Below, one piece after another: positions 34,523-44,356 of a stretch of DNA of 64,000 bases (its first letter is position 1; each line of letters begins with the position of its first letter). Position numbers and translations under genes: made by a program. Source of the DNA: an uncultured delta proteobacterium (GTDB lineage Bacteria > Desulfobacterota > Syntrophorhabdia > Syntrophorhabdales > Syntrophorhabdaceae); NCBI GenBank assembly GCA_963823725.1, contig CAWGMJ010000003.1, positions 45,649-109,648 on the forward strand. The letters run 5' to 3'. Below the pieces are notes generated by a model that searched no databases, was not told where the DNA came from, and was given only the letters and a program-made list of their open reading frames with translations.

Positions 34523-35102
34523 ATGAACCGATCGACGGGGTTTTTCTGGGGATTTATCTGCTGCTTCTCGCCCTGCATCGATTTTTTTCGGTATCGGGGC
34601 AAGGGTACAGCAAAAAGCCATCAAAAGGCAAGATGGAAAGATCGAAAATGGTCGCTATAGTTAGCTGGTACGTGTTATTGACGGCGATACCGTGCTTGTG
34701 GCTGAAGAAGAGCAAAAGCCCGCCCATGTCAGGATACTGGGTATAAAATCCTTTGATGCAAAGATCGAAAAAGATGTTGTAAGCCCCTACGGTAGGGCTG
34801 CCTTTGAAGCCCTTGAGCGGACACTCGGAAATAAGCCCTTGCGGATGATGCTGCATAATGGAGCGAAAGACCGTTTTGGACGCTACATTGCAACGGTCTA
34901 CGCTGATGAGCACGACGTCGCCCTCAACATGATCGAACAGGGCCTTGTGATAGCGTATACGGTATATCCGTTTCCCGCGATGACCGTATATTTGCAAGCC
35001 CAGGATGCGGCGAAAAAGATGAGACGAGGTCTATGGGCCAATAGCGAGGCTTCGGAGCGGGCAATAGCGCTTATTAAAGAATCTCAGAGGCAGACCAGGT
35101 AA
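34523..35102 (+). CDS. Staphylococcal (micrococcal) nuclease-like protein, frame break(s) near 34600-34690
   Basis: SNase fold signature: VIDGDTVLV...VRILGI..FD...PYGRAAFEALE..L.....DRFGRYIA.VY.....V...MIEQGL. Signal/TM at the N-terminus. Confidence 0.7.
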
Positions 35103-36143
35103 TGTACGGCGTGATGCAATATTTCTTTAAGTATCTGGTGCGGAACCCTCCGGCGACTGTTCGCATCATGGTACTTCTTTTCGTCATCCTTGCCTATGGA
35201 ACGACAGGGTTCCTTTACTTCGAGCTTTCCGCAAACCCGGATGTGACATGGCTTGACGGATTATGGTACACGGTCGTGACGATGACAACCGTCGGTTACG
35301 GCGATTTTTTCCCGAAGACAACAGGCGGGCGATTCCTGATCGGCTGGCCCGTCATGGCATTTGGAATAGGCCTTCTGGGATATGCCCTGTCATTGATAGC
35401 CGCTGCATTCATCACATCGAAGACAAAGGAGATGAAAGGCATGTCATCGTTTTCATTGAAGGATCATATCGTGTTCTTTAATTTTCCCGGGGTATCGAAG
35501 ATCCTGCGGCTTATCGAGGAGTTGTTTCTCGATCCGTCGATCGGGAAACATACCTCAATTGTGATCGTCGATGATGGGCTTGACGAACTCCCGGCAGAAC
35601 TTGTCAAACTGGGCGTTCATTATGTGCGGGGCAACCCGGTTCGTGATGAAACGCTGGTCCGCGCATGCATCGATCAGGCGCGGCATGCGGTGATCCTGTG
35701 CAAAAATGATCTTGAGGCCTCGGACAGCCTCAATGTAACGATAGCGCTTGCCATCGAGGGAAGAAGCCATAAGGTAAATACGGTCGTCGAAATAGTCGAT
35801 CCCGCCTCTGAAGAATTGCTGAAAAAAGCAGGCTGCGACAAGATCGTCTGCACGTCCCGTTTTGGAGCTCATTTCTTGAGCCAGGAATTGTTGAACCCCG
35901 GCGTGCAGGAGGTTATCCAGGATCTCTTAAGCGCCCAGGGGCGGGCAGCAATTTTATTTTGTTGAGGTAAAAACAAAAAGAACATTCAGTGAGCTGTCGG
36001 AAAAATGCAGGCAAAGCGGTCATATCGCGCTGGGAGCCGCAACGGGGAACGGGATCAGATTGAATATAAAAGAGAAGGTTGAGCTGAACCCCGGTGACCG
36101 GGTAATCACAATAGGACCATCACGAATTCAATACCTGGAATAG
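35102..36143 (+). CDS. Potassium channel with RCK (TrkA-N/TrkA-C) domains, one frame break near 35945
   Basis: K+ selectivity filter TVVTMTTVGYGDFFP. RCK domain HIVFFNFPG.... C-terminal TrkA-C recoverable (...ALGAATGNGIRLNIKEKVELNPGDRVITIGP). Confidence 0.8.
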
Positions 36144-36230
36144 GCAATCGTTTAATCATTTTCATCATATCGGCAATGGTTTGTCGCAATCACTCACTCC
36201 GGTTACCCGGCGAAGATCGCAACCCTCGCC

Positions 36231-36476
36231 CCGTCATCCGGGCTTGAGGCCGTGTCATAATTATTCTCGCCCGGCATACTGAGAAATGCCCGAATCACCA
36301 CGCGACGTCATTCCGGCGGCTTTTTGACATTTTTATAACTGGTTAGTAGAATCCGTAGTTTGCACTGCATGTTTCTCATATGTCATTAACATCATTGAAT
36401 AAAGAAAAACCAAAGACACTGGACCCCGGCTTTCGCCGGGGTGACGGGGTTAGGATTGGCTTCGCCGGGGAGACGG
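36231..36476. repeat. Cluster of REP-like small palindromes
   Basis: CCGTCATCCGGGC (36231), CGTCATTCCGGCGG (36304), CCCCGGCTTTCGCCGGGGTGACGG (36424), CTTCGCCGGGGAGACGG (36460). Confidence 0.6.
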
Positions 36477-36495
36477 ATGTGGGGAAGATGCCGGG

Positions 36496-37798
36496 TCAAA
36501 TATTCTGCCCAAGCTTGAGGGCGTTCTTGAATAAACTGACGTTCATATCGGGCTGGATCAATTCATGGTTATTTTCGGTGAAGGGGACAAGTACCAGAAG
36601 CGCATCACGGATCCCTGTCGTAATATTCTCCAGGGTCGGGAAAAATACCTTCTTTCGCAATGTCAGGTCGGCAATAAGAGTCCTGGCGCTGTCGAAGGCA
36701 TCCTGAAGCGCCAGGTTCACAGGAATGACGGTCCCATGAGGCAGTTTGTCGTCTATCCCTTCAGGATTGGCTATAGTGAGTTGCTTCGCTATGCGTAAAA
36801 ATGCGGATGGAGCGGTCTTAAAGGCGGGAAACCAGAAATAAAAAGGTTTATCCTCCCAGGAGGGCTGTAATGCCCGGGGAATATTGGTAAAGCGGATGAA
36901 ATCCGCATATGAGTCAAGCGCATGCACCGGTCATGTTGACTGAAATACGCCAGAACGGCAGGAATAGACCGGATCCTCCTTCGGAAATTTTAGAATTCAT
37001 TCTGGCAAATACGGAAGGGAAAAGGCCTTTTTCTGTGACGTTCCACGCCCTGCTGCAGTTCATACAGAACACAGTGGAGCTGTCCCTGCCTGACATGGTG
37101 TCCGATCCGCAGTTGGGGCATATTGTCGGTAAGAAACTTATATGCCAGTTATCTTTGATCTTTTCCGCGTCGAGGATCGTGCCGGGTTCGATGCCAAGAA
37201 TATCGTCCGTTACTCCATCGTGCAGTTTTTCGTTGCGTATATAAAAAGGCGCATAGATCATGCTCAGCGTATCCGCTATGAACGCCTCGTGATAGATGCG
37301 TTCTTCTTTTATCTCAAGCCGAACATCAGGAACAATATCGTAATCATCCTCAGAAACCCTGACTATGCGTGATTCCGGTGTGCGGACCAATTCATACTCC
37401 ACGGTATTTTTGGCCTGGGCCAAAGATGGGTCAAAGGGCATGGTTGGCTTGAGGTAATGCGCGCTGCCGCCGGGTTTTGCTAACTTAAGCTTAAGGGACT
37501 GCGGCCGTATACCGAGCGATGATGGGAGGCCGGAAATTTTTACGGCCAGGAATGTCTTATCGACAAGGCCGTTCTCTATGCCGCTTGTCTTGCAGAGAAA
37601 GCGCATGCCTTTGAACCGCCAGTAGGGGACATAAAACACATCTTCCAGGAATGGATCGTGCGGCGATATGCAGTACCGGAAATATTCAGGGACCTGCATG
37701 AACAGTTTTGTTTTGCAGAAACTGCAGGAGAGCAGCGTATCGGTCTCATCAAGGATAACGGGAGCCCCGCATTGCGGGCATTCATGCTCGATCTGCAT
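36496..37798 (-). CDS. Double zinc-ribbon protein of unknown function (YdjG-like by context), one frame break near 36920
   Basis: Two CxxC...CxxC ribbons (CPQCGAPV..CSFCKTK; CPNCGSD..CMNCSRAW). Pieces 36914-37798 and 36496-36927 are collinear. Starts 2 nt after the SPFH gene. Confidence 0.6.
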
Positions 37799-37800
37799 CG

Positions 37801-38904
37801 TTACGAGATCTTATCCCCGCAATGATTGCAAAATATAGAGCCATGAAGGTTGTCGGACCCGCATTTAGGGCATTTCACCGATTCGGGCCTTTTCGTGACC
37901 TCGCATCCGCAGGATGGGCAAAACCGTGCATGGGCAGGAAGGTTCTTATGACAGTCAGGGCACTGCGAAACAACAAGCAGATGGTGCCCGCATGCCTGAC
38001 AGAATTGTGCATTGGCCGCTACAGGGTTCTGACATTCAGGGCATTTGATGGCGTCTGACGGTTGGGAGAGGGCTTTCATATTCTCCGCATACATGGCAGG
38101 CATCATGAACCCCAGGCCCATGCCAAGCCCGGCTCCTGCCTGGGATGGATTCTGGGCCGCGCTTTCCATGGCCATTGCGGTCTTCATCTTGAGAAGTTTA
38201 TTGAGATCGTCAAACATTGCCAGTCTGCTCTTATCATCGATTGCCTGCTGTACTTCCTGGGGAGGGGTTATCGAATTTATGAAAAGGCCTGACAGTTCGA
38301 TCCCGAAATGCGACAGATCTTTCTGGACGAGAGCGCTCAATCCGGCGGATATCTCGTCATACCGCCCCGGGAGGTTAAAAAGAGTGTCAAGATTATCGCC
38401 AAGGTAATCATTGAAACGGGAAAGGATGACCTTGCCAAGGTATTCTTCAATATCCTCGACTGTATAGGACGATTTTGTCCCTACCAGCGTATTGATAAAA
38501 AGCGACGGCTGGATGACCCTGATATTGAACATCCCGAAAGCTCTTAACCTGATGAGCCCGAGCGTGGAGTCTTTGAACGCGACGGGGTCCCTGGTTCCCC
38601 ATGCAAGGTTCGTAAACATTTTCGTATTGATAAAATATACTTCGGCGCGAAGAGGGCTCGTAAATCCCCACGGCAGGCTCAGGAGTTTCGTAATGATAGG
38701 GATGTTGAGGGTGTTGAGAGTGTAGCGTCCGGCCCCTACGGCGTCGTAGGCTTTTCCTTCATAAAAAAATATCGCCGCCTGGCTTTCGCGCACGGTAAGC
38801 TGCGCGCCATACTTGATATCCCCGGAACCATCCTCAGGAATCCTGTGCGCGAGTTCCTTGCCTGTATCATCGAACCATTCGATTATTTCAAGAAAATTCC
38901 CCAT
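37801..38904 (-). CDS. SPFH/Band-7 family protein with C-terminal zinc ribbons (COG4260/YdjI-like)
   Basis: N-terminus FLEIIEWFDDTG.E...RIPE.GSGDIKYGAQLTVRESQAAIFFYEGK is typical of the YdjI-like SPFH group. C-terminal tail has CPECQNP..CQACG, CPDCHKN..CPSCG, CPKCGSD..CNHCG. Confidence 0.8.
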   Translation of the reverse strand: MGNFLEIIEWFDDTGKELAHRIPEDGSGDIKYGAQLTVRESQAAIFFYEGKAYDAVGAGRYTLNTLNIPIITKLLSLPWGFTSPLRAEVYFINTKMFTNLAWGTRDPVAFKDSTLGLIRLRAFGMFNIRVIQPSLFINTLVGTKSSYTVEDIEEYLGKVILSRFNDYLGDNLDTLFNLPGRYDEISAGLSALVQKDLSHFGIELSGLFINSITPPQEVQQAIDDKSRLAMFDDLNKLLKMKTAMAMESAAQNPSQAGAGLGMGLGFMMPAMYAENMKALSQPSDAIKCPECQNPVAANAQFCQACGHHLLVVSQCPDCHKNLPAHARFCPSCGCEVTKRPESVKCPKCGSDNLHGSIFCNHCGDKIS

Positions 38905-38928
38905 GCCTTGCCCCCTGTGAATGAATTA

Positions 38929-39011
38929 GTTCAACGATCAATGATCAACGATCAAGATCAATGTTCGATTTGTTAAGAACATTGAACTGTATGAACATTG
39001 AACTATTGAAC
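38929..39011. repeat. Heptamer-array inverted repeat, GTTCAAC type, 'empty' hairpin
   Basis: GTTCAACGATCAATGATCAACGATCAAGATCAATGTTC - ~10-nt loop - GAACATTGAACTGTATGAACATTGAACTATTGAAC. Between the pstB stop and the SPFH start. Confidence 0.85.
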
Positions 39012-39017
39012 TATTTC

Positions 39018-39770
39018 TTACCCATACCTGCCCGTTATATATCCTTCAGTCTGTTCCTCCCGGGGCGAGGTGAATATTTGCGAGGTATCACCGAATTCAA
39101 CGAGAACGCCGAGCAACATAAAGCCGGTGTAGTCGGAGACCCGGGCCGCCTGCTGCATGTTATGGGTAACAATAAGGATCGTGTACCGTTCCTTGAGTTC
39201 GATCATGAGTTCCTCGATCCTCAGTGTGGCAATGGGATCGAGGGCAGAGCAGGGTTCATCGAGGAGGATGATCTCGGGTTCCACAGTGAGGAGACGGGCA
39301 ATGCACAGACGCTGTTTCATTTCCTCTGAAAGATCGAGCGCCTGTGTATGAAGCTTGTCCTTTAATTCTTCAAGAAGCCCGACCGAATGAAGGCAGCGGT
39401 CCACGATCTCTCTCATCGTTTTCCTGTTAGCCATTCCGTGCACCTTAAGCCCGTATACCATGTTTTCATAGATCGTGAACGGAAAAGGGTTGGGACGCTG
39501 AAAGACCATACCGACTTTCTTTCGCAGGTTGATTATGTCGATATCCTGCAGCGGTTCATTATGAATGTAAATGCCGCCTTCTATCCGGACATCTTCCTGG
39601 AGATCGTTCATGCGGTTAAAGCAACGGAGAAGGGTTGATTTTCCGCATCCGGAGGGGCCTATAAGAGCTGTAATCGCCCGGGAATACACATGGAAATCGA
39701 CATCCTTGAGAGCGTGGAATTTCCCGTAATGAAGATTAAGTTTCTCGGTCCTGAGGGCGAATTTGTCCAT
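39018..39770 (-). CDS. pstB: Phosphate ABC transporter ATPase PstB (copy 2; degenerate signature motif)
   Basis: Walker A GPSGCGKST, Q-loop GMVFQRP, Walker B ILLDEP, H-loop VTHNMQQAAR, C-terminus TEGYITGRYG. The signature position reads LSEEMKQR instead of LSGGQQQR. Confidence 0.9.
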   Translation of the reverse strand: MDKFALRTEKLNLHYGKFHALKDVDFHVYSRAITALIGPSGCGKSTLLRCFNRMNDLQEDVRIEGGIYIHNEPLQDIDIINLRKKVGMVFQRPNPFPFTIYENMVYGLKVHGMANRKTMREIVDRCLHSVGLLEELKDKLHTQALDLSEEMKQRLCIARLLTVEPEIILLDEPCSALDPIATLRIEELMIELKERYTILIVTHNMQQAARVSDYTGFMLLGVLVEFGDTSQIFTSPREEQTEGYITGRYG

Positions 39771-40531
39771 TATCCAAATTTCCCCTGAATGTAATCTTCG
39801 GTCTTGCTTTCGGCGGGGGTGGTGAAAACCTTATCCGTAGTGTTGTATTCGATCAATTCGCCAAGATAAAAGAAGGCCGAAAAATCGCTGATCCTCGCTA
39901 TCTGTTTTGTATTATTGGAAACCAGGATGATGGTGTACTCCGATTTCAATTCGTTCAGCGCATCTTCTATCTTTGCCGTCGAGATAGGGTCGAGGCCGGA
40001 GCAAGGTTCGTCGAGCAGAATGACCTCCGGTTTCAGGGCCAGTGTCCGGGCAAGGCAGAGACGCTGCTGCTGTCCGCCTGACAATTTTAAGGCCGACGTT
40101 CCCAGCCTGTCTTTTACCTCGTTCCAGAGAAATGCCTTCTTGAGAGAATCTTCCGCAATGTGATGAAGGCTGGTTCGGTCCGTTATGCCTTTCAGTTTCG
40201 GGCCATACGCGATATTTTCGAAGATAGAGCGGGGAAGGGGGATCGGAACGGCAAAGACAGTTCCGACGCGCCTGCGCAACTCGATGGGGTTTATGCCGCC
40301 ATTAAGAATACTTTTTCCGTCTATCTTTACATCGCCCTCGATCTTTACATTATTCTCAAAATCGATCATCCGGTTAATAACCGAGATAAGAGTGGATTTT
40401 CCGCTGCCGGACGGTCCCATAAAACCGGTGATCATGTTTTTCCGGACTTCAATGGTTATATCTTTCAGCACTGCTGCCTTGCCGAAAGAAACCGTCAGTT
40501 TTTCAGTGAATATCTTCGTTTCCATCAACAC
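39770..40531 (-). CDS. pstB: Phosphate ABC transporter ATPase PstB (copy 1; degenerate Q-loop and H-loop)
   Basis: Walker A GPSGSGKST, signature LSGGQQQR, Walker B ILLDEP. The Q-loop position reads GTVFAVP and the H-loop position LVSNNTKQ. Confidence 0.9.
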   Translation of the reverse strand: MLMETKIFTEKLTVSFGKAAVLKDITIEVRKNMITGFMGPSGSGKSTLISVINRMIDFENNVKIEGDVKIDGKSILNGGINPIELRRRVGTVFAVPIPLPRSIFENIAYGPKLKGITDRTSLHHIAEDSLKKAFLWNEVKDRLGTSALKLSGGQQQRLCLARTLALKPEVILLDEPCSGLDPISTAKIEDALNELKSEYTIILVSNNTKQIARISDFSAFFYLGELIEYNTTDKVFTTPAESKTEDYIQGKFG

Positions 40532-41368
40532 CTATGAATATCGCGCAATAGTCTTGTTCATTATGTAATAGGCAATGATATTTATAAACAAAATACTCAG
40601 GACGAGAACAACGGCCGTCCCGTATGCCTTTTCCATCGAGATGCCTTCCCGTGCCAGGATATAAAAGTGAACGGCCATTGTTCTGCCGGATTCCATAAGG
40701 GAAAGCGGCAGGCGCAGAGAACTTCCCATCGTGAAAATGATCGCGGCTGTTTCGCCGACCGCCCTTCCGATACTGAGCATGATGCCCGTTAATATCCCCG
40801 GCATAGCGGCAGGCAGAACAACCTTCTTGATCGTCTCCCATTTGCTGGCGCTCAATGAATAACTGACTATCCTCAACTGGCGAGGAACCGAGCGGATCGC
40901 TTCCTCGGATGTTCTGATTATTGTCGGCAGTATCATGATCGTCAGCGTCAGCACGCCCGCGAGCAATGACCATCCCATCTTGAGCTTGATAACGAAGAAA
41001 ATAAAGCCGAACAGGCCATAAAGAATGGAAGGGATGCCGGCAAGCGATTCTACGCCAAAGCGTATAAGTTTTGTAAATGCCGATTCACGGGTATATTCGG
41101 TAAGAAAAATTGCCGTGCCCACGCCCAGCGGTGTCGCGAGAAGTATGGAAAGGAAGGCAAGTTGTATCGTGCCCACTATTGCCGGGAATATGCCTCCATG
41201 CCTTCCCATGTCCTGCGGAAAGGAAAAAATGAAAGCGAAATTGATCTGGGGGAATCCTTTGAAAAAAATGATCCCGACTATAACGATAAGGATCGCCACA
41301 GTGAAATATGCCTGGGCAACAAGCCCCCAGCGGACGAACCGGTTGATTATCCTGGGATTGATCCTCAT
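40532..41368 (-). CDS. pstA: Phosphate ABC transporter permease PstA
   Basis: 6-TM permease with EAA-type loop (EEAIRSVPRQLRIVSYSLSASKWETI). Confidence 0.9.
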   Translation of the reverse strand: MRINPRIINRFVRWGLVAQAYFTVAILIVIVGIIFFKGFPQINFAFIFSFPQDMGRHGGIFPAIVGTIQLAFLSILLATPLGVGTAIFLTEYTRESAFTKLIRFGVESLAGIPSILYGLFGFIFFVIKLKMGWSLLAGVLTLTIMILPTIIRTSEEAIRSVPRQLRIVSYSLSASKWETIKKVVLPAAMPGILTGIMLSIGRAVGETAAIIFTMGSSLRLPLSLMESGRTMAVHFYILAREGISMEKAYGTAVVLVLSILFINIIAYYIMNKTIARYS

Positions 41369-42234
41369 TTCGCGATCTTCCTTTTTATCCCGAAATTTGC
41401 GATATAGTTGAGTATCATTATAATGATCATCAGCACGACACCCGTTGAAAAAAGCGCCAGCCTGTGATCGCCGGTCGCATAAGCCAATTCCAGGGCAATA
41501 TTGCCCGTCAGCGTCCTTAATGGATCAAGAAGGCTTGTCGGTATTTTCAGGGCATTACCTGCGATCATTATCACTGCCATCGTTTCTCCGATGGCCCTTC
41601 CCATGCCGAGGATAAAGCTCGCCAGTATGCCGGATTTTGCCGAAGGAATTATCACCTTGTAAATGGTCTGCCATTTTGTGGCTCCCATTGCGGCCGATGC
41701 TTCACGATACGTTTTCGGGACACTGACAAGCGCATCGAATGAAATGCTGATTATGGTCGGCAGTATCATGATCCCCAGCACGAGCGATGTCGAGATGAGG
41801 GAAAACCCCGATCCGCCAAGATAATTCCTGACAAGGGGAACGATGTATATAACACCGAGAAAACCGAAGACTACGGACGGGATGCCGGCAAGAAGTTCAA
41901 TTGCGGGCTTCAGCAGCATCTTCATTCTCTTGCCCGCGTATTCGGACAGGTATATGGCGCAGGAAAGCGCCAGGGGGGCCCCGATGACCAGGGCGCCGGC
42001 TGTAACGAGAAACGAGGAGATTATCATGGGAAAGATACCGAAATAACCTTTGGTCGGAGCCCATTTCATGCCCAGTATGATATTCTTTACGCCGACCTTC
42101 AGGAAAAGAGGCAATCCTTCTCCCAGTATAAAGGCGAAAATAACAAAGAGAAAGAGAAGTGAAGACATTGCAAAGGCGATGAGGACCCATTTGACGAATT
42201 GTTCTTTAAAAACAGTTCTGTCAATCATGAACAC
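41365..42234 (-). CDS. pstC: Phosphate ABC transporter permease PstC
   Basis: 6-TM permease (DALVSVPKTYREASAAMGATKWQTIYKVIIP). 4-nt overlap with pstA. Confidence 0.9.
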   Translation of the reverse strand: MFMIDRTVFKEQFVKWVLIAFAMSSLLFLFVIFAFILGEGLPLFLKVGVKNIILGMKWAPTKGYFGIFPMIISSFLVTAGALVIGAPLALSCAIYLSEYAGKRMKMLLKPAIELLAGIPSVVFGFLGVIYIVPLVRNYLGGSGFSLISTSLVLGIMILPTIISISFDALVSVPKTYREASAAMGATKWQTIYKVIIPSAKSGILASFILGMGRAIGETMAVIMIAGNALKIPTSLLDPLRTLTGNIALELAYATGDHRLALFSTGVVLMIIIMILNYIANFGIKRKIAK

Positions 42235-43024
42235 CTACCAGGCCTTCATTTTTCAGGATGTGTTGACCGTCCCTCGAAAGTACGTAGTCAACAAAGATTT
42301 TTGCGTTTTTGTTTAGCGGGCCGTTGTTTATATAAAGAAATGGCCTGACTATTTTATACTTTCGTGATTTGATGGTTTTGATCGACGGGACAATGCCATC
42401 TATCGCAACAGGTTTGACCTTTGCATCGACGAGCCCCATCGAAATATACCCGATGGCATATGGGTCGGTTGCGACCACTTCCTTTACCGAGCCGTTTGAA
42501 TCCTGGACCATTGTGGCATCGCTAATTTCCTTGTCTTTCATGATCAACTCTTCAAAAGCCCCGCGGGTCCCCGATCCCTCTTCGCGCGATACCGCGTCTA
42601 TCTTCCTGTTCACCCATCCCAACTGCTGCCAGTTTGAAATGCTTCCGCTGAAGATCCCACGGATCTGATCGAGGGTCAATGCCGTAACGGGATTGTCCCG
42701 ATGAACAACAATGGCTATACCGTCATAACAGATGACTATTCTGTTCAATATTTTTTCGTCATCTTTTAACTCCCGCGATGACATCCCGAGGTCCACAGTT
42801 TTGTTGAGCGTTGCCTGGATACCGGCAGTTGACCCGCCGCCCTGAACATCGATGATTATGTTTTTATTATCGATCATAAAATGCTCGGCCAGTTTCTCTG
42901 AGAATGGCATGACCGACGTCGACCCGGCGATCGTGATCGCGTGTTTCCCTGAGCTGTTGTTGTTGCCGCAGGAAATAAAAAGACCTATGATAAACGGCAA
43001 AAGTACGAACCATCGCAGGCGCAT
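42221..43024 (-). CDS. pstS: Phosphate-binding lipoprotein PstS
   Basis: Lipobox LFISC. ITIAGSTSVMP, SREEGSGTRGAFE periplasmic binding motifs. Confidence 0.9.
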   Translation of the reverse strand: MRLRWFVLLPFIIGLFISCGNNNSSGKHAITIAGSTSVMPFSEKLAEHFMIDNKNIIIDVQGGGSTAGIQATLNKTVDLGMSSRELKDDEKILNRIVICYDGIAIVVHRDNPVTALTLDQIRGIFSGSISNWQQLGWVNRKIDAVSREEGSGTRGAFEELIMKDKEISDATMVQDSNGSVKEVVATDPYAIGYISMGLVDAKVKPVAIDGIVPSIKTIKSRKYKIVRPFLYINNGPLNKNAKIFVDYVLSRDGQHILKNEGLVGVHD

Positions 43025-43029
43025 ATTGT

Positions 43030-43713
43030 TTATTCCTGGGACTCCTTTATATGCCGTATTATCTTTCCTTCCACGAGAAAGATGACCAGTTCGGCAATAT
43101 TGACCGCATGGTCGGCCATACGTTCCAGATATTTCGATATAAATAGGACCCGGGTCGCCCGCGAGATCGTTTTCATATCCTGCATCATATATGTCAGGAG
43201 TTCACGAAAGATCTGATCAAGGAACTGGTCGACCTTTTGATCATCTTTCGTCACTTTTCGTGCCATCGCGACATCTTCCCTGACAAAGGCTTCGAGGCTT
43301 TCCTTCAACATCAATTGGACCGTTTCAGCCATCATCGGGAGATCTATATACGGCTTCAAGATCGGTTCCTGATTCAATTCCTGTACCCGCTCACAGATAT
43401 TTACCGCCATATCGCCTATGCGTTCGAGATCGTAGTTTATCTTGATCGCCGTGGTTATGAAGCGAAGATCGCGTGCAGCCGGTTGGCGAAGGGCGAGAAG
43501 TTTGAGACAGAACTCGTCTATCTCGACTTCCAGCGCATTTACGATCGGATCGTCCTCTATTACGTTTTCCGCGAGTTCTGAATTGCGTTCGAGCAGTGCC
43601 TTAATAGCGTTGCTAATAGCTTTTTCAACCAGTCCGCCTTCGTGAAGAAGTTTTTCCTTAAGTTCTTTCAATTCAAGATCGAAAGTCTTGTAAATATGCC
43701 CTTCAAGCATCAT
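43030..43713 (-). CDS. phoU: Phosphate signalling regulator PhoU
   Basis: Two PhoU repeats (DLERIGDMAVNI, YLERMADHAVNIAE). Located upstream of pstS. Confidence 0.9.
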   Translation of the reverse strand: MMLEGHIYKTFDLELKELKEKLLHEGGLVEKAISNAIKALLERNSELAENVIEDDPIVNALEVEIDEFCLKLLALRQPAARDLRFITTAIKINYDLERIGDMAVNICERVQELNQEPILKPYIDLPMMAETVQLMLKESLEAFVREDVAMARKVTKDDQKVDQFLDQIFRELLTYMMQDMKTISRATRVLFISKYLERMADHAVNIAELVIFLVEGKIIRHIKESQE

Positions 43714-43942
43714 ATGCCTCCTGCTCTGAATGGCAAGAGTATAGTAGCTTTTGCCATTGATTACAATCGGATTTTAAGGCCGCTCGAGCGTTGACAAAGC
43801 GTGAGCGATGGTGTCCGGACGATATACCCGACCGACGTTTCTATTGCCGCCGGAATGTTGGATGTCCAACAGTAGGTATGCCCGGTTGCGGATCGCCGTT
43901 TTTTAAATGCCGATAACGGTGAATGTTTTCTGATCGCCGGCT

Positions 43943-44215
43943 TTAAATGACGACCACTGAATTATAGCTGCCGAATTCGTTGATCTCCTTGTGCGGAGAA
44001 GCCGGGTCCTCGATCCACTGCCCATCGACAATAAAGCGGTATTGATGTGCCCCTTGGGGAAGAGTTATCGTTGTTTTCCAGATCCCTTTTGCGTCTTTTT
44101 TGAGAGGACGGACCGAGGGGTCCCAAGAATTAAATGAACCGGCTATATAGACCGTACTGGCGCCGGAATCGCTGAATTTAAATGTAATCCGTTTTTTTGC
44201 TTCTTTATCTGCCAT
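43943..44215 (-). CDS. Glycogen-binding (CBM48/AMPK-beta GBD-like) domain protein
   Basis: FKFSDSGASTVYIAGSFNSWD...W.TTITLPQGAHQYRFIVDGQWIEDP. Start chosen at MADKE, preceded by AAGGAGGG. The ORF track extends to 44299. Confidence 0.7.
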   Translation of the reverse strand: MADKEAKKRITFKFSDSGASTVYIAGSFNSWDPSVRPLKKDAKGIWKTTITLPQGAHQYRFIVDGQWIEDPASPHKEINEFGSYNSVVVI

Positions 44216-44298
44216 TTCACCCTCCTTGATAATACCCAACATAGTAGCATAATTGGGTGTATTTTGCATCCAGAGTGTATCGGATAAAATGAAAGACA

Positions 44299-44333
44299 AG
44301 CCGTAGATTACTGAAAATAGGTAATCTACGGCT
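44299..44333 (-). terminator. Perfect 13-bp stem-loop downstream of the aminotransferase gene
   Basis: AGCCGTAGATTAC-tgaaaatag-GTAATCTACGGCT. No clean U-tract, so terminator function is inferred. Confidence 0.4.
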
Positions 44334-44356
44334 GATTGACGAGGGTGGGTTAAGTA

